In this document: positions 47,561 through 61,200 of the stretch, one piece after another
Layout of the letters: each line of letters starts with the position of its first letter
Numbering within the stretch: the first letter of the stretch is position 1
Source: Monocercomonoides exilis PA203
Lineage: Eukaryota; Protista; Preaxostyla
Reading direction: 5' to 3'
NCBI GenBank assembly: GCA_001643675.2
Contig: LSRY02000033.1
Location: forward strand, 310,001-374,000
Length of the DNA: 64,000 nt
Notes under the pieces: model-generated
The model's input: the letters and a program-made list of their open reading frames with translations, nothing else
Database searches by the model: none
Told to the model about the DNA's origin: nothing
Position numbers and translations under genes: made by a program

Positions 47561-47581
47561 ATCATCTCACAAAATAATACA

Positions 47582-49641
47582 TTAAACATCTGTTCCTTCA
47601 CTTTCTTCCATTGCCTTTCCGATCTTCCTTGCTGCAATTTTCGCCGTTTGACCCGATCCTTTCGCTTCAACAAGCTCCAAAAGATTTTTTAATGTCTGTT
47701 TTTTCATCTGCCCAACATACTTTGTGGCAAGCAAGAAAAAACAAGATGTCAGTTTCTGATCAGCTTCATCGACAGAAGCAAGAACTGAAGGCAAAACAAA
47801 CGTCATCAAATGAACGAATGAATAAGAAAGGAACAATTGAAGCAAAATGTGATGGAATTTGAATAAATATTACAAGAACAACAACAACAGAAATAAACAG
47901 CATCCCGTTTGGAGAAATCATTAATGCATTAAAAGAAGCACCAGAAAAAGAAGGAGTGCAAACCATTTACTGTTTCATGCAGTATATCCGAAGTCAATGA
48001 AGGGCCACGATACAAAATTCGATGAAGGAGATTCAAAAAAGCAGAATCACCCAACTGAGCTTTGTGCAAGTTCAAAGTTCTTCGATGTATTTCAAAAATG
48101 AAAAGATTTTTATAAAAAAAGAAAAGAAAAGAAAAAAAGAAAGAAAAGGAAAAAAGAAAAAGAAAAAGAATAAACTTTCAAAAAATATTTAAATTCAATA
48201 AAAAGTTCCCGCACATCAACAAGTCTTGCAGCGCGTGAAGAGGCAGACACTCGTCCCGAATAAGCGCTCCGACAACTTCCATCTGCGGGCTGCCCTGCTT
48301 AACCGTTCCAGACGCAAAGAGTGGTGCTACAAGCTCGCTCATGCAAGACAGAGTGAAATGCGACGATAAAGTTGCCAGAAGATTCAGCATGATACGCGAC
48401 GGCTCTTCCGCCATCTTTAGCACCTGTTGGTTGTACAATCGAGAGAGGTACAGAGAAGGATATTTCAATAAAGAAATAAAGAAATAAAATAAAGAAATAA
48501 AATAAAATAATAAAAAAACAATAAAATAATAATCAAATAATTAAGTAAGCAAATCAGCTAATAAGGAAATAAGGTGAAATTTTTTTTCAAAAACTACGAT
48601 TAAAAAAATATAAAGAGAGGCTATTTTCTTTTCAATCAAAAGTTCGGCAAACCAAAGGAAGAACACTGTGCTTCACGAGCGAATCAGTTATTGACTTTCG
48701 AATTGTAGTGTCTTCGGGTGTTGATGACATTGGGGATGTATCCAAGGAATTTGAAGAGGGCATTAATTTTGAAAGCTTTTGTTTATTTTCTTGTGCAATT
48801 CTTGTAAAAAACGTATCGACATCTGCATCTGAAAGGACAACTTGCTCAACAATCTTAGATAGCGAGGATTCAAACTATTTAGAAAGCAAAAGTGATGATT
48901 TTTCAAACATACAAACATACGAAAAGAAAAGAAAAGAAAAAGAAAAACCTTTTTCACATCTGCAGAATGAAGAATATGAAAAACTGCGTCCATTGAAACA
49001 TATTCTCCAATTCCATCTGAAGAAACCAAAAAAGCGTTAAGCAAAATTTTTTCATCGTCGCTGCTCATTGATTCAGTTTTGCTTTCATTTATATCAAGAA
49101 AGGTACTTTGAATTGGCTGAGATACATTTTGTTCTTCTTTTTCATCTTTAGAATCGTCCTTTTGTTGAAGTGTTGCAGAAGATGGCAAATCGATGCATTT
49201 TTCTTCCGATGAAGCACATTTAAACAAATCGTGAAGAAGAAATTTATCAAAAAGCATTTCATTATCATGCTTTGAAACACAAGAAGATAAAATTTCATCT
49301 GAAATTGCACCATGTTGCAGAATTGTTTCTTGATCAGAATAGACTTGCGATTCAAGTGCGCGAAGTAACAGAAAGAATAATTCATCCTTTTTGCACGTAT
49401 TATCTTTCGAAAGAAATGAAAAATAATATTCAAGTTGTTTCTTTGTGAGTGTGTGAGATTGCGAAAGAATTGAGAGTAAAATGGAATGAAATTCCACAGA
49501 AGAACAAATTTCAAAGCTAGTCCTTTCGTATTAATAAAAAATAACGATTTAAAAGCAGAGAAAATATAATGTTCAAAACTTTTCTTTGGCATTTCTTGCT
49601 TCAAAAGCATCCTGAAACTGCTTCAACAAGGAGGCAAGCAT
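47582..49641 (-). CDS. FANCE-like protein (Fanconi anaemia group E C-terminal helical domain), 6 exons, with an apparent 1-nt frameshift near 48003
   Basis: Exons 49641-49580, 49522-48949, 48874-48653, 48423-48215, 48079-47964 and 47784-47582. The spliced SVLPLVLKMAEEPSRIMLNLL...ELVAPLF...GSPQMEVVGALIRDE...FLLATKYVGQM recalls the FANCE C-terminal pattern (ILSL..SASRLL...LL.P.L...GP.Q.ELL..LVK.E...TVMTKY). Recognised from memory. Confidence 0.55.
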
Positions 49642-49750
49642 TGCATTTGTTAACAAATAACAGATGCAAAATTTTTAAATGAGTTGTTTCTGTTGCAATT
49701 AAACTTAAAGAAATATTCCAGATCACAAAAGAGCCCAAAAACAATTGTTT
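49642..49750. promoter_or_regulatory. Putative bidirectional promoter (109 bp) between the FANCE-like gene and TEL2
   Basis: Divergent predicted start codons at 49641(-) and 49751(+). Confidence 0.45.
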
Positions 49751-52700
49751 ATGACTTATGTTTATCATAATGACTTTGAAGAAAGCTTTTTGGAAGGGAA
49801 AAAATATTTGCAATCTGTTACATTATTAGGCGAAATTTCCATTCCCATTCTACACGAGTTATTCTCGGAGGATTTTGTCGAAAATGTCGTATTTCAACTT
49901 AAAGAGGATGAACGCAATAATATTTTTTTCAAGCCGTTGCTAAAAGATTCTCATCAAATACATGGTGTTTTTTATGTAATTGTATTTTATTTAAAAAGAA
50001 TTCAGCCATTATCTTCGATGGTTCTGAGCGATAAATCGAGAAAGCAACAATATTATCATTTTTTAGAAAATACTCTGAAACACATTCTTTCCAAGCAATT
50101 TTTAAATCTTATTGTGAATACGTCTTGTGATGAATCGAATAATAATGGAGATTTATCAACTGTTATAGCTGCTCTGCCTGATATTATAATGAAGCAGGGT
50201 TATAATATTTCAAACTACTTTTTTCCTGAGTTTGCTTTGAACTTTGTATTTTTTATTTGCACTGACTTTCATTTTCTTTCCTTTTTGTAGTGTGTATTAT
50301 CCATCAGTCGCGAAAGATCTCTGGAAATTGCTTTTTTCTCAATTAATTGGAGATTTTCCTGAAAATGATTTGTCTGCAAAATTACTAATAGGACGCTGTC
50401 TTTCAACATTATGTAGTAGGGGACAGCAAAGAATTGTTGTAGAAGAATTTGTAAACTTTTTAATTCCTTTGTTGCCTTCCGAAACATTGAGAATTTCAAA
50501 TTCAATTCTCCATGATCTCTTTTATTATTTCTTCTTACAACTTCACAACTCTTCATTTGAAAGCTTCTTCTACTGTTTTATCTCTTATGCAGCAGAACAA
50601 ATGACAGGAAAAAAGATTCCTCGTGAACTTATTGAATGGATACGAAAGCAGATTTTGCTGAAAAAAGCTAGCGAAATGAAAGAATTGTCATCACCACGGA
50701 AACTTCTTCAAGGCATGTCACTTCGTTGAAATATTTAATTGATGTAATGCGTTTTCAATTCATTTTTAATTATTTGACTTATAAATTCTGCATATTTTCA
50801 AAGATGCCATCACTTCATTGTGTTGTCAAATGTGCATGTATTTTCTGAACGTTCCAATTGATAGTAACATTATTAAAGAAAATCCAACAAATTTTTCTCT
50901 TTCTTCACAACAGCCATCTTTTTTTTTATCGACAACGCGTTCATCTTTTCGCGACAATGCAATACAGCCAAAAACATGCTTTTCACATTCTTCCGTCGCT
51001 TTACTTCAGAAAAATATAATAACACTTTTTACACAGAGATTTTTATCATCGCATCCTGTTCCTCTTTTATCAATTCCTGTGCTAATTGGGGTTATTTCTA
51101 GATGTGCAGATGGCTTTACAAGTGAAACTTACTCAACAGTCTCTCCAATCTCTTCTCATTCTTCAATATCTTCTCACAATGCAAATATATTGCCTGTAGC
51201 TGAATCAAAGCACATCCGTGCGGTTTTCCCTTCGTTGCATTGCATCTCTGGCGAAGTAATAAACGAATGGTGCCTCGTAGGAATGAGTCCCAGCTTGAAT
51301 GTTGCACATTTTGTTTCATTGTGCCTTTCAATCATCCTTTTGTTCAATAGCCGTAATGCCAGCCATGAGAAATCTTCCGAAGAACTCGATGCAGTTATTA
51401 AAGCCAATGCGTCAAACGCATTTCTGTTTGATTATCTTCCTTCTCCGTCTTTGATAGATGGCCCAGAAACGGGCCAATCTTCTTTCTCTACAGTTGCAAG
51501 CAAAGATTCAGCACTTTCGAAGCATCCCAGCAGCAGCGCCAGCCTGCGGCTGATGTTGAAGGTTTTGAACGGGCTGCATTCAACGATGTCTTCCACTCTT
51601 GTTGTTGTCAGGCACTGCGCAATGGTAGTAGGAGAATGTGTGTCTAGGCTGATGGTTTCATCCTCATCTTCTTCTGCACAAGCTTCAAACTCCTCACAGA
51701 TGCTCAGCGCAGGAGCTCTGAGTGATCCAGATCAATTGATGCTTCATTTTGATTACTCCGAGAATATGAGTGCACTGTTTCAAATTTCGTCTTCATATCT
51801 TCCTTCTTTACACGCTGTTTATCAGATGTCTGGTGGAGAAGAGAGCATTTCATCATCTTCATTCTCTTCTTCAATGCAAAGTCAGTCATTTGCACAGCAA
51901 AATTCTTCTTCTCAATCTGTTTCTCCAGAAACAAATCCGTTTGCACGAGTTCCTCTGACTTCAGAGCTGCCCATTCATGCCATCTGGCTTCTTCATCTGT
52001 ACTCTGATGTTCCTCTACCGTCGCAATCCGATCTTACTGATGTAACTGCATGGATCAAATTCTGCATTCAATTTGACTGTCAATTGCTGAAGCAATTCGA
52101 ATTCAGCGGAAAGAAAGAAAATGATGATGCATCAAAAGAAACAGCATCTTCTATTTCAACAGTTAATCTAATGTCTCATGATGCAATTTCGTCACATGCC
52201 AGTCTCCACTTTCCATCTTCTGTGCAACACCACAAAAATGAATCTGATATTGTTGCAAATGAAAATGCAAGTTCAGTGAGCACTTTTCAAAAAGAAGATA
52301 AATGCTCCGAACTGAATAAAGATGGCTCCTCAACGAAGAACAAGCGTAACTTCATGACGATGTGGACTGAAGACGATGATCCGGACGAGCTTTTCTTTGG
52401 GAAGCGCAAACGTCAAAAGAAGTCTCGAGTTAAAAAGGATGCTACAACAAAAGTTTCATCTTTTCTTGTCTGTTCTGAAGCTGATATTGTTCCGTTCACA
52501 AAGGAGACTGCGGTTCTGAAGCGAGAAGTGTTCGATCCAGAAATTAAGCAAGAAGAAGAGATACTTTTCTTGATGAACCCGCAAATGAAGCAAAAATTTA
52601 AAGAAGCAACGAGAAAGCATTGCGGGCACAAGCACTCAACAAAGGCAAACTGCGTTGGACATTCGTCAAGAACAAAAAGTGCTTTTGATGAAAGCAGTGG

Positions 52701-54510
52701 AGCCATAATTGATGGGGAAAATGTTGAAGAAGTCAAAAAAGAGGAAAATTTTGAATGCGGATCATCAGATGTGTCCGATTCATCATCAACTGAAAATGAA
52801 CTGGATGATCTGGCCTTGCCACAGGAATCATCTTCACTTCTGTCAGCAGCTGCATGGCCTGAAGGAAATTCAATATTTTTAGCAGATGCTGTCGACGCGC
52901 TGACTGCGTCTGTGTCAAACACCGATGCAAGGCTGTTGAAAATTACGCTTCAGCGCCTTCCGCAGCTTATCGCCTCGTCACCGCCAGATCTGTTGGAGAA
53001 TGCATGTGTTGCTGCACGTACCGTTTGCGGATTGGTAAATCTTTTTTCATTGGATGATTTTGATTTGATGAGAGTTGATGTACTTGTAAGATTGATTGCT
53101 GAGGTTGGCCGCCCTGTCATAATGTATGTATTTTTCATATTTAAATATTTGAAAGGTTAAATTTGAAAATTTTGTTTGCCGATGATACACTTTACTCATG
53201 GTCGTTTGCTCCTTTGAATGTTTCCAAGATCACTATCTGAGATATTTTACGGCTATGGCATTTCCACAAGCAGTCGAGTGGTGATAGCTGAATCATTTGC
53301 AGAAAGCGCGTTGGAGCTATCCGGAAATAAAACTACACGATCAGTTCATCAGCAATCAACCGCAAAAGAAAAAGAGGAATCTCAAACAAATAGACACTGC
53401 AATTCCATTCAAAAAGACTCCAATCGTTTCAAAGAGAATTCTGCAGATAATGATGCAAAGGCAATACATGAAAAAGAAAAAGAGCATTATGAGCCTGAAC
53501 TTTCGGAGCATAAAACAATACGTTGGGGATCTTTTCGAATGTTTGGAAATATTTCTTCTTTTTTTGCTCCAAAAAAATAAAGATGATTTCGCTTATTAAT
53601 ATAATTTTCAATACTTCATTCATTATTGCAACATGTCAATTTGTGCAATCTGCTTTCATTTCCATTCATTCTTAATTTAGAAAGCCATGCACCATATTAA
53701 ATCGATTTTCTCGTCTTGCTGCTTGTGCATTTTATTCATTGCTTTCATCAGTAGAGGCACAATCACCATCTTTAATGACTCATAGTACGCAAGCTTCAGT
53801 TATAAATGAGATGCTGAGCCCAACTGAAATGCATCAAATATCACAGCCAACGAACCCTGCAACGTTCACTGTTAGGGAATCACTTTCACTATTTGGAGAT
53901 GAAAGCTTTTTAGGAAGTATTTTGTTGAACACTCTTGCCACTATTATTTTATGTACCGGGCCAATTCCAATTTTTTCCAAGATGTGCAAAGATCTTCTAT
54001 CATTTTGCTGGACACTTAGATCGCACAAACATCCTCTCATGAGAAAGGCGGTATGTTTACTCTCAAAACAATTTCTTTCTTTCTTTCTTTTTTTTTTCTT
54101 TGTCTCATTTTTCAACTTGTATGGATAATTAACTGTAAAAATATACAATTATTTTTTCATTTATCGCTTTTCTATTTTTATTCAAAGATTATATGCTGCT
54201 TACGCGCTTGCTTTCTTTCACCTTTATTGAATAATGACTCTACGCTTATTTTATCAACTTTTGAAAATGACATTAGGGAAGCATCTATTTTTTTGCAAGG
54301 TTTGATTATTGTTTAAAGAGTTTATTTTTATTTTTATTTTTATTTTTTCAAATTTTCATTTTTTTTATTCCTTTCAAAAAATATTTAAAAGACATCTGTG
54401 AAAGTGAAACAGACCCAGATTGTAGAGTGCTTGCAACAGATTTTCAACAGTTTCTGCTTGGCAGATTGAAAGCATCTTCATTTGAACTTCCAATTGATAA
54501 TATTCTTTAA
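49751..54510 (+). CDS. TEL2: Telomere length regulation protein TEL2/TELO2 homolog (TTT complex), 7 exons
   Basis: Introns 50230-50290, 50713(or 50725)-50803, 53124-53228, 53541-53680, 54051-54187 and 54300-54391. TEL2-domain pattern FLADAVDAL...LPQLI...DDFDLMRVDVLVRL...EIFYGYGISTSSRVVIAESFAESALELS, plus KTIRWG, NRFSRLAACAFYSLL, LRSHKHPLMRKA and ETDPDCRVLA. Confidence 0.8.
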
Positions 54511-55206
54511 CATAACGAAAATAAAATTTTTCATTCGGCTAAGGATTGCTTGAAGACGTCATGAGTTGTATCAGACTTACAAAATTCAAGATTTCCTTTT
54601 CAATAAAAATTACTTCGAACTGAAAAAGTTAGATTTTCTTTCTGATTAAATGGTTAAAAAATAATGAATTTATAATTTATATTAAATGGAAAATAGAAAT
54701 TTGATATAAAACCATTTTGAAATTATGCAGCAAGCTTCATTTCCAATTTCTTTGTATAATTATATTAGAAAAGAGACAGACACTTTTTGTTTTGTTAATT
54801 CTTAAATAACAGGTTGAAGCGATAAAAATAATTAATTTATAATTCACAGTCGTTTCAACAATCATAGACAATCATATGAAGAAAATTAAAATCTTATAAG
54901 ACGGAGAAATGCTCAGAAATAACAGTTTGCAGATTTTCTTTAAAGTGTTGTGAATAAAGAAATATCTGACGTTAGAAGAAGAAAAAGCATAAAAGAATTA
55001 TAGTTTTAATGTTTAACAGTATTTAAAAGTTTATAAAATAACAGTTTTAAAGATAGAAATATTTTTTATAAAAATCAAACAAAGGGAGAGGTACTCAATA
55101 AGAAGAATTTAAATGTTGTGCAAAAACATATATCACATCACAGATATTAAGCATTATAAAAAATGCTCAAAAAATAAAAAAATAAAAATCAAAATGATAA
55201 GAATTT

Positions 55207-58200
55207 TTACTCTTTGTTCGACAGCATTGGCGCATAAAGCCCATCATCTTTAGCCTTTTTGGAAAGCATCGGTTCGTAGCTGCTGTCTTTACCTCCTTTC
55301 ATTTGAACACTTGTTCCTCCATAGCTCTTACTTCTTCCTCCAGACTTTCTCTTCTTTACAACACAAATAATCACAACAGCTACAGCTACACCAACAACAG
55401 CCAAGACACCAATAATAATACCAGCAATTGCTCCTCCTGATAATTTTGGCTTGTTCTTTGGCTTTTCAGGATCGTCATGTGGAGGTGGTGGAGGAGGAGG
55501 TGGTGGGATCACTTTCTTTCTAAGTTGAACATCGTTTGTTGCTTTATTATCACCAAATGTTAATCTCACAACAACTTCGTCAGCATCACCAATATCGACT
55601 AACTTCGTATCTACATCAGCTTTTGCAACAGTATCGCTGACAGAATCAGTGAATCCATTAACATGTGTCCATGTACCAATCTTCTCACCTGTTTTCTGTG
55701 CAACATCGAATCCAAGTCCACAAGGAATAAGCTTGGTACCCGTAAATGTAATTGTCGTCTTTGCTCCATCGAAGCTTGGAGATGTAGCTGATTTCAATGT
55801 TGGTACGAAGAATAATGAATCCTTCTGAGGCAATCCCTCTCCTGTGATGTCACATCCATCATTAACCATCCAAAAGTCGCTATCACCTGTTCCATCACTT
55901 CCAGCTTGCAAACTATCGATCACGATCTTTGTGTCTGAGTTTGTTCCTTGGCAAATAATGTTATGTCTGAGAGAAGGATATTTCTGTTGCTTAGGATTAT
56001 TGTTGAGGAATTTCACATTCACAAGTTGAGCTGAACTTTTCTCAACAACTGATATGCCTCCAGAAATAGAACTGACAAATGAAACACTTTCAAATTTCGC
56101 TGATGACGCTGATTGTAATCTCACTAAAGAAGCATCACTCTTCCACACGCAAACTCCATCTACAGCAGCTTCGTCCAAACTCTCTTCTTCAAGTTCATTC
56201 CAGGAAGTGGTTGGAGTTGACAATAATCCTGTGAAAATTGTGTTTTTAACATTAGTCTTCACAAGAGAAGATTTAACTGTAAGCATTGAAAACTCTATGT
56301 CATTGGTAGCAGCGTTAGTTGGTCCAAACTCTGCATTTTCAATATCAATAGAAGCGCGAACTTCCGATCCAATAACAATGGCTTTAACTCTTGTTCCTGT
56401 ACCAATAAATTGAGGAGGATATTTAACCTTGATGTTCTTCATTTTGAATGAAGAAATCGGGTGGAACACAGATTCATAAGATGTTGTAAATCTATCAAAC
56501 ACTTGAACATCCGCCAATGAATCATCTGTAGATGTTAAGACAAATGGATGAGTTGTTGTTGCTTCAATATGCAAAAGGAATTGCTTTTTGATCTTCACAG
56601 TTTGTTCATCAGTTGAAGTAATATGTTCTTGAATGAGATCCCAAGAATTGCAAGGATGTTGAATAGATCCGCAACGTTTTCCTTCCTCTGCTTCTGTCAA
56701 AGATGAAAGAACAACTTCATTTGTTTTGTAAGGAATTTGATGTTTGCTTTCGTCCATTAACAAATCAGTAACTTCTTCATCCCCGACTTGTGCATTGATT
56801 AGATTTTCTTTTTCATACATATCAGACAAATCAAGATCGAACATACTATCCGTTATTTGATCCAGATCTTTAACTTTAATAAATATGTTCTTTCCAACCT
56901 TTCCTTTATTATCTTTGAAGGTAGCAAGGCTGAGCGTTACAGGAACTGTTGCAACTCCAACGCTATTATAACCTGCTTCAAAGGCAGCCTCGAGATAAAC
57001 TGCTGCTCCTTGACCTTCATTTGCATCATTCTCATTCATTTCAAATCGAGTTTCTTTAATGACAACATTTGAAGCAGCTGATGCAATTACAACTCTTAAA
57101 GCTGATCCGGTTTTTCCTGTTGATACGCATTGAACAAATGATCCTCCTTCAAGTTTCACCGAAACTGCAATTGTATCAACATAAACAACATTACTTTCTC
57201 CTGTAAGGGAAATGCTTTTGAAATCTGTATTCTTTAAAGTAAATCCGCTTGAAGTATTATTCATAAATATTAATGATTTCTCACTCATTTTAATCGACTG
57301 AATAACACAATCAGTGAACGATATGCTACCTTGATCAGCCCTAAAGATATAACTTGTAAATGCTGTTTCTGTTTTATGAGCATTGTCTGGTTTGAAAACA
57401 CAATCAATTGCTCCGAATCCTCCAGCTTCACTCACGAATACCAACGGAACTCCTCTATTTTTCTCAATTGAAGAATCGAGAACAATAGTGAATTTAGAGA
57501 ATGACAAAGACGAGGCAGCCATATTCACTAAGAACATTCCATCAGCAACATCATCACCATATGATGTGGAGAATGTTGTCTCATCCTTTGATTCTCCTAC
57601 AATACCCACAATCAATGCAAATGCGTTATTATCATCTCCACCTTTAGTACTAACAGGGCCTTTTTCATTTTTATATGTTCCCTTTACTAGCTTGGCATAA
57701 TATGGCAAACCTTCCCCAAACTTCTTAAATGCAACTTCAATAGATTTGCATCCAACTTTGCCTGTAAATCCACAATCATCTTCTTCATTTCCTCCATCAA
57801 TAGCGATTACTCTTGTAGCTTCCCCGTATGGAATGTATCCCTTTGTTTCATCATCTCCGGATTTGTGATGATGATATAAAGTATTAGCATTCTTATCAGT
57901 TGTCATAGATTTTTTGAAAAATTGAATATCAACTTTATTTTCGTTTTGATCATCAACATAAACATCAGATCCTTTTCCTGTTTTTGTATTTTTCTCGAAA
58001 TAACACAAAACATTCGTTTCTTCTGGAACTGTGTCTTTAAGAGTAATATGCATTGCACCTCCATTAGTTGCAGTGTTTTCGATAAATGAAATTCCTTTCA
58101 AAACACTAGCAGCAGGAAGAACAACCAAATTTAACGCTCCTCCATTAGCAGCAGAACATTTCTCAAATCTAGAGGAAGAAAATTGAATTTGCTCAACATC

Positions 58201-61200
58201 ATTTGCATACAGAACACCTCCTCCGCAATTGGCCGCAGAAGCTTTACACTCTGTAAATACACCTCCGGTAAATTTGATAATTGGTTTGATATCTTCGTCA
58301 GTCTCTGGGTTCTTCTTTGTTGATGCTCTAAACAAACCTCCGTTATCCTTCTTATTTTCACACTTTTTAAAGTTTCCTCCAGATACAGCAAGTGTTCCTT
58401 TAGTTTCGATAATAGCAAATGAAGGTCCATTTAATCCTACAACGTTTTCATAATTTCCACCCGCAAATGTCAATGTTCCATCAGATTCCATTGCAACAAG
58501 TGGTGAGTTTTTCATATCGATATCTTTTAATTCCATTGATACAGTCATTGAACCAAACTTTTTCGTTTTGTCTTCATCATCTTCAACGTAATAAGAAACC
58601 TTCAAAGGTGATTCATTAAATGTTAATCTTCCTGATGGAGATTCAACAACAAATGTTGAAGCTTCGATGCTTACAGTTCCACCAACAGATGAGATCAAGC
58701 AGATTTCGACTGGTTCTCCAACTTTACCTTCTTCTTGATAGAATTCACAATGGCTTACACTCAAAGAAGATCCATCTGTATACGATCCAATCAAAGCACT
58801 TGGTTTATAATTGCATACTGTATCACGGAATTTATTGGGATATGTAACATCCAAATAACTCAATGTTAAAGTCTTTTGAACAGCAAATGCTGGATCTCCT
58901 TCTTGTGCAACTTCCATTGAATCACTGAATATAAAGTCAGCAAACGCCTGTGGTTTCAAACTTGAATCAATGGTAATGTGCTCAACATAATTCCATCTTG
59001 TTGTAGGAACATTATATCCACTAACAATGCTAAATGTAACTTGTCCTACTTTTTTCTGTGCATAAGCTTTGTCAAATGTTTTGCAAGGATGGCTCTTTAA
59101 ACCACAGAAATTATCATCTTCTCCAAGACGAGAATCGACGTACACCGTATCAAAGTGGAAATTATCAAACAAATACAAGTCCACAACATTTGATTTAAAC
59201 AGAGCACAATCTTTACCTACCATTTTGTTTTGTTTTTCTGGTAAATCAATATTAATCAAAGGTTTCACAACTCTCTTAGTTAAATCATCCAAATAAACAT
59301 AAAGATCTTGTCCTTTGCTTGCCTTGTTCTCCTTATCATCTCCTTCCTCTTTTTCAAAAGATGTAATGATGATTTCAGCTGGTTTATTTTGGAAATCAAG
59401 ATAAATTGCTCCACCTGATCCCTTTGTCGTTGAGCATTCGCATGATGTAAATTTACATCCATCCCCTTCTGATTTTTCTAATCTGAAATGACCTTCAACT
59501 TCTTCTGATTTTAAGCAAATGGCACCACCAGTTGTTGATTCTCTAGCAACGCATGAATCAAATGTTGAATCAACAATCTGTACACTTAACGTTGTTTGCT
59601 TTACATCAGCATTTATAACTGAAGCTCCGTTAGAGCCAACTCTTTCAATTTTAGAAAATTCACATTTATTCAATGACAAGCCAGATTGACGTTTATCTCC
59701 TTCAGAAAGGCAAATAATTGAAGAATCTTTAAATGACATTGAATTGCATTTCATTTCTTTAATATTCAATGAACCTCCTTTAACTTCAAATAATGGAGCA
59801 AGATATTGTTCGTCTTTTTTCTCAGCATCTTTTCTCACATCAAAGTCTGTAAGTGTTGCTTCTCCACCTTCGATAGCAAACAATTTAGAGTGACGATTTC
59901 CAAGAATAGACTGATCATGAATAATAATAAATCCTTCTTGAGTAATAGAACCTCCTTTAATTGAATAAAGAACATTTTCTCCTGCGAAAGAAGTACGGAT
60001 AATTGTTGATTCTTTGCCAGCTGTTTGAACAACAATGAATTTCGCACCAACTGCAATTGTTGCTGTTTCTGAAAGCGAATCTCCTTCCATAATATGAATA
60101 GTATTTTGTGTCCAATCGCTACAATATGAAACAGCCACTCCAATTGTTCTACAGTATTTATCTTGCAGATTTTCATTAAGTCCACATGTTGGTTCATCAA
60201 ATTTGCTATCCTTGCTAACATACCTATTTCTTTGATCATCTCCAATAAAAGACTTTTTCTCTGCTCCTTCTTCAGGTTTCGCAGAAGTCACATAGTATAA
60301 ACGTGATTCGTCTTGTCTTGTGCTCATACTTTTATAGAATGGTGAATTTTGATCTTGTGTAATTGCTTCGTTATGCATATCTTTCAAATAAACATCATGA
60401 CCATGTACTGTTGCTTCGTTTTCATCAACAAATAAGCAAATAAACTTTGATGCCAAGTTAGCTATAGCTTCATATATCATATAGATTGCACCTCCATCAT
60501 CAGCACGATTATGCGCAAATGAGCATTCTGCCAATTCAACAGAAGCTGGATATCCAGAGAGATATATTGCTCCACCAAAGGCTGGATGTTCGGCTTCATC
60601 AGTTGAAAGAGCAGTGCATGCAGAAAATGAAACACGATGTAATTTCAAAGATTGTTTGATTGAAGAAATTGCAATTGCTCCACCAAAGCAATCTTTTCCT
60701 TTAACAGTACATCCTGAAAATGCTGAATCTTGATCGATAACAAGAGACCCTGAAGTTCCAGAGCAACTAATTGCTCCTCCAACTGCCTTTTCTTTCAGGG
60801 TATTGCAGCATCTGTCAAACTTGCAATTGTGAATTGTAACTGTTTCACCGTCTTTCAGAGCAAAGACTGATCCTTGAACTTTGGAAGTTATGGATTCAAA
60901 TACACAACCATTCATTTCCAATTTTGCAGGTCCAACAAGGTTAAATAATGAACCTTCATTAATCTTCACTGATCTAACAGTAACGCTTGCAAATGTCTTT
61001 ACATTGGTAGCTGTTTCAATAACAAATGCATTCTTTTCGAATACTGACTCCGTAATACCTCCAAATCTGGTGAGTGAGCAATCAGTAACACTCAAAACAC
61101 CACTTTTAGCATGGATGATTGCAAATCTCATTTCATTCGTATTACCATCTTGTTTAAATTCACATTTCGACAACGTTAGAGAAGCAGCTGTTCCTGCGGT

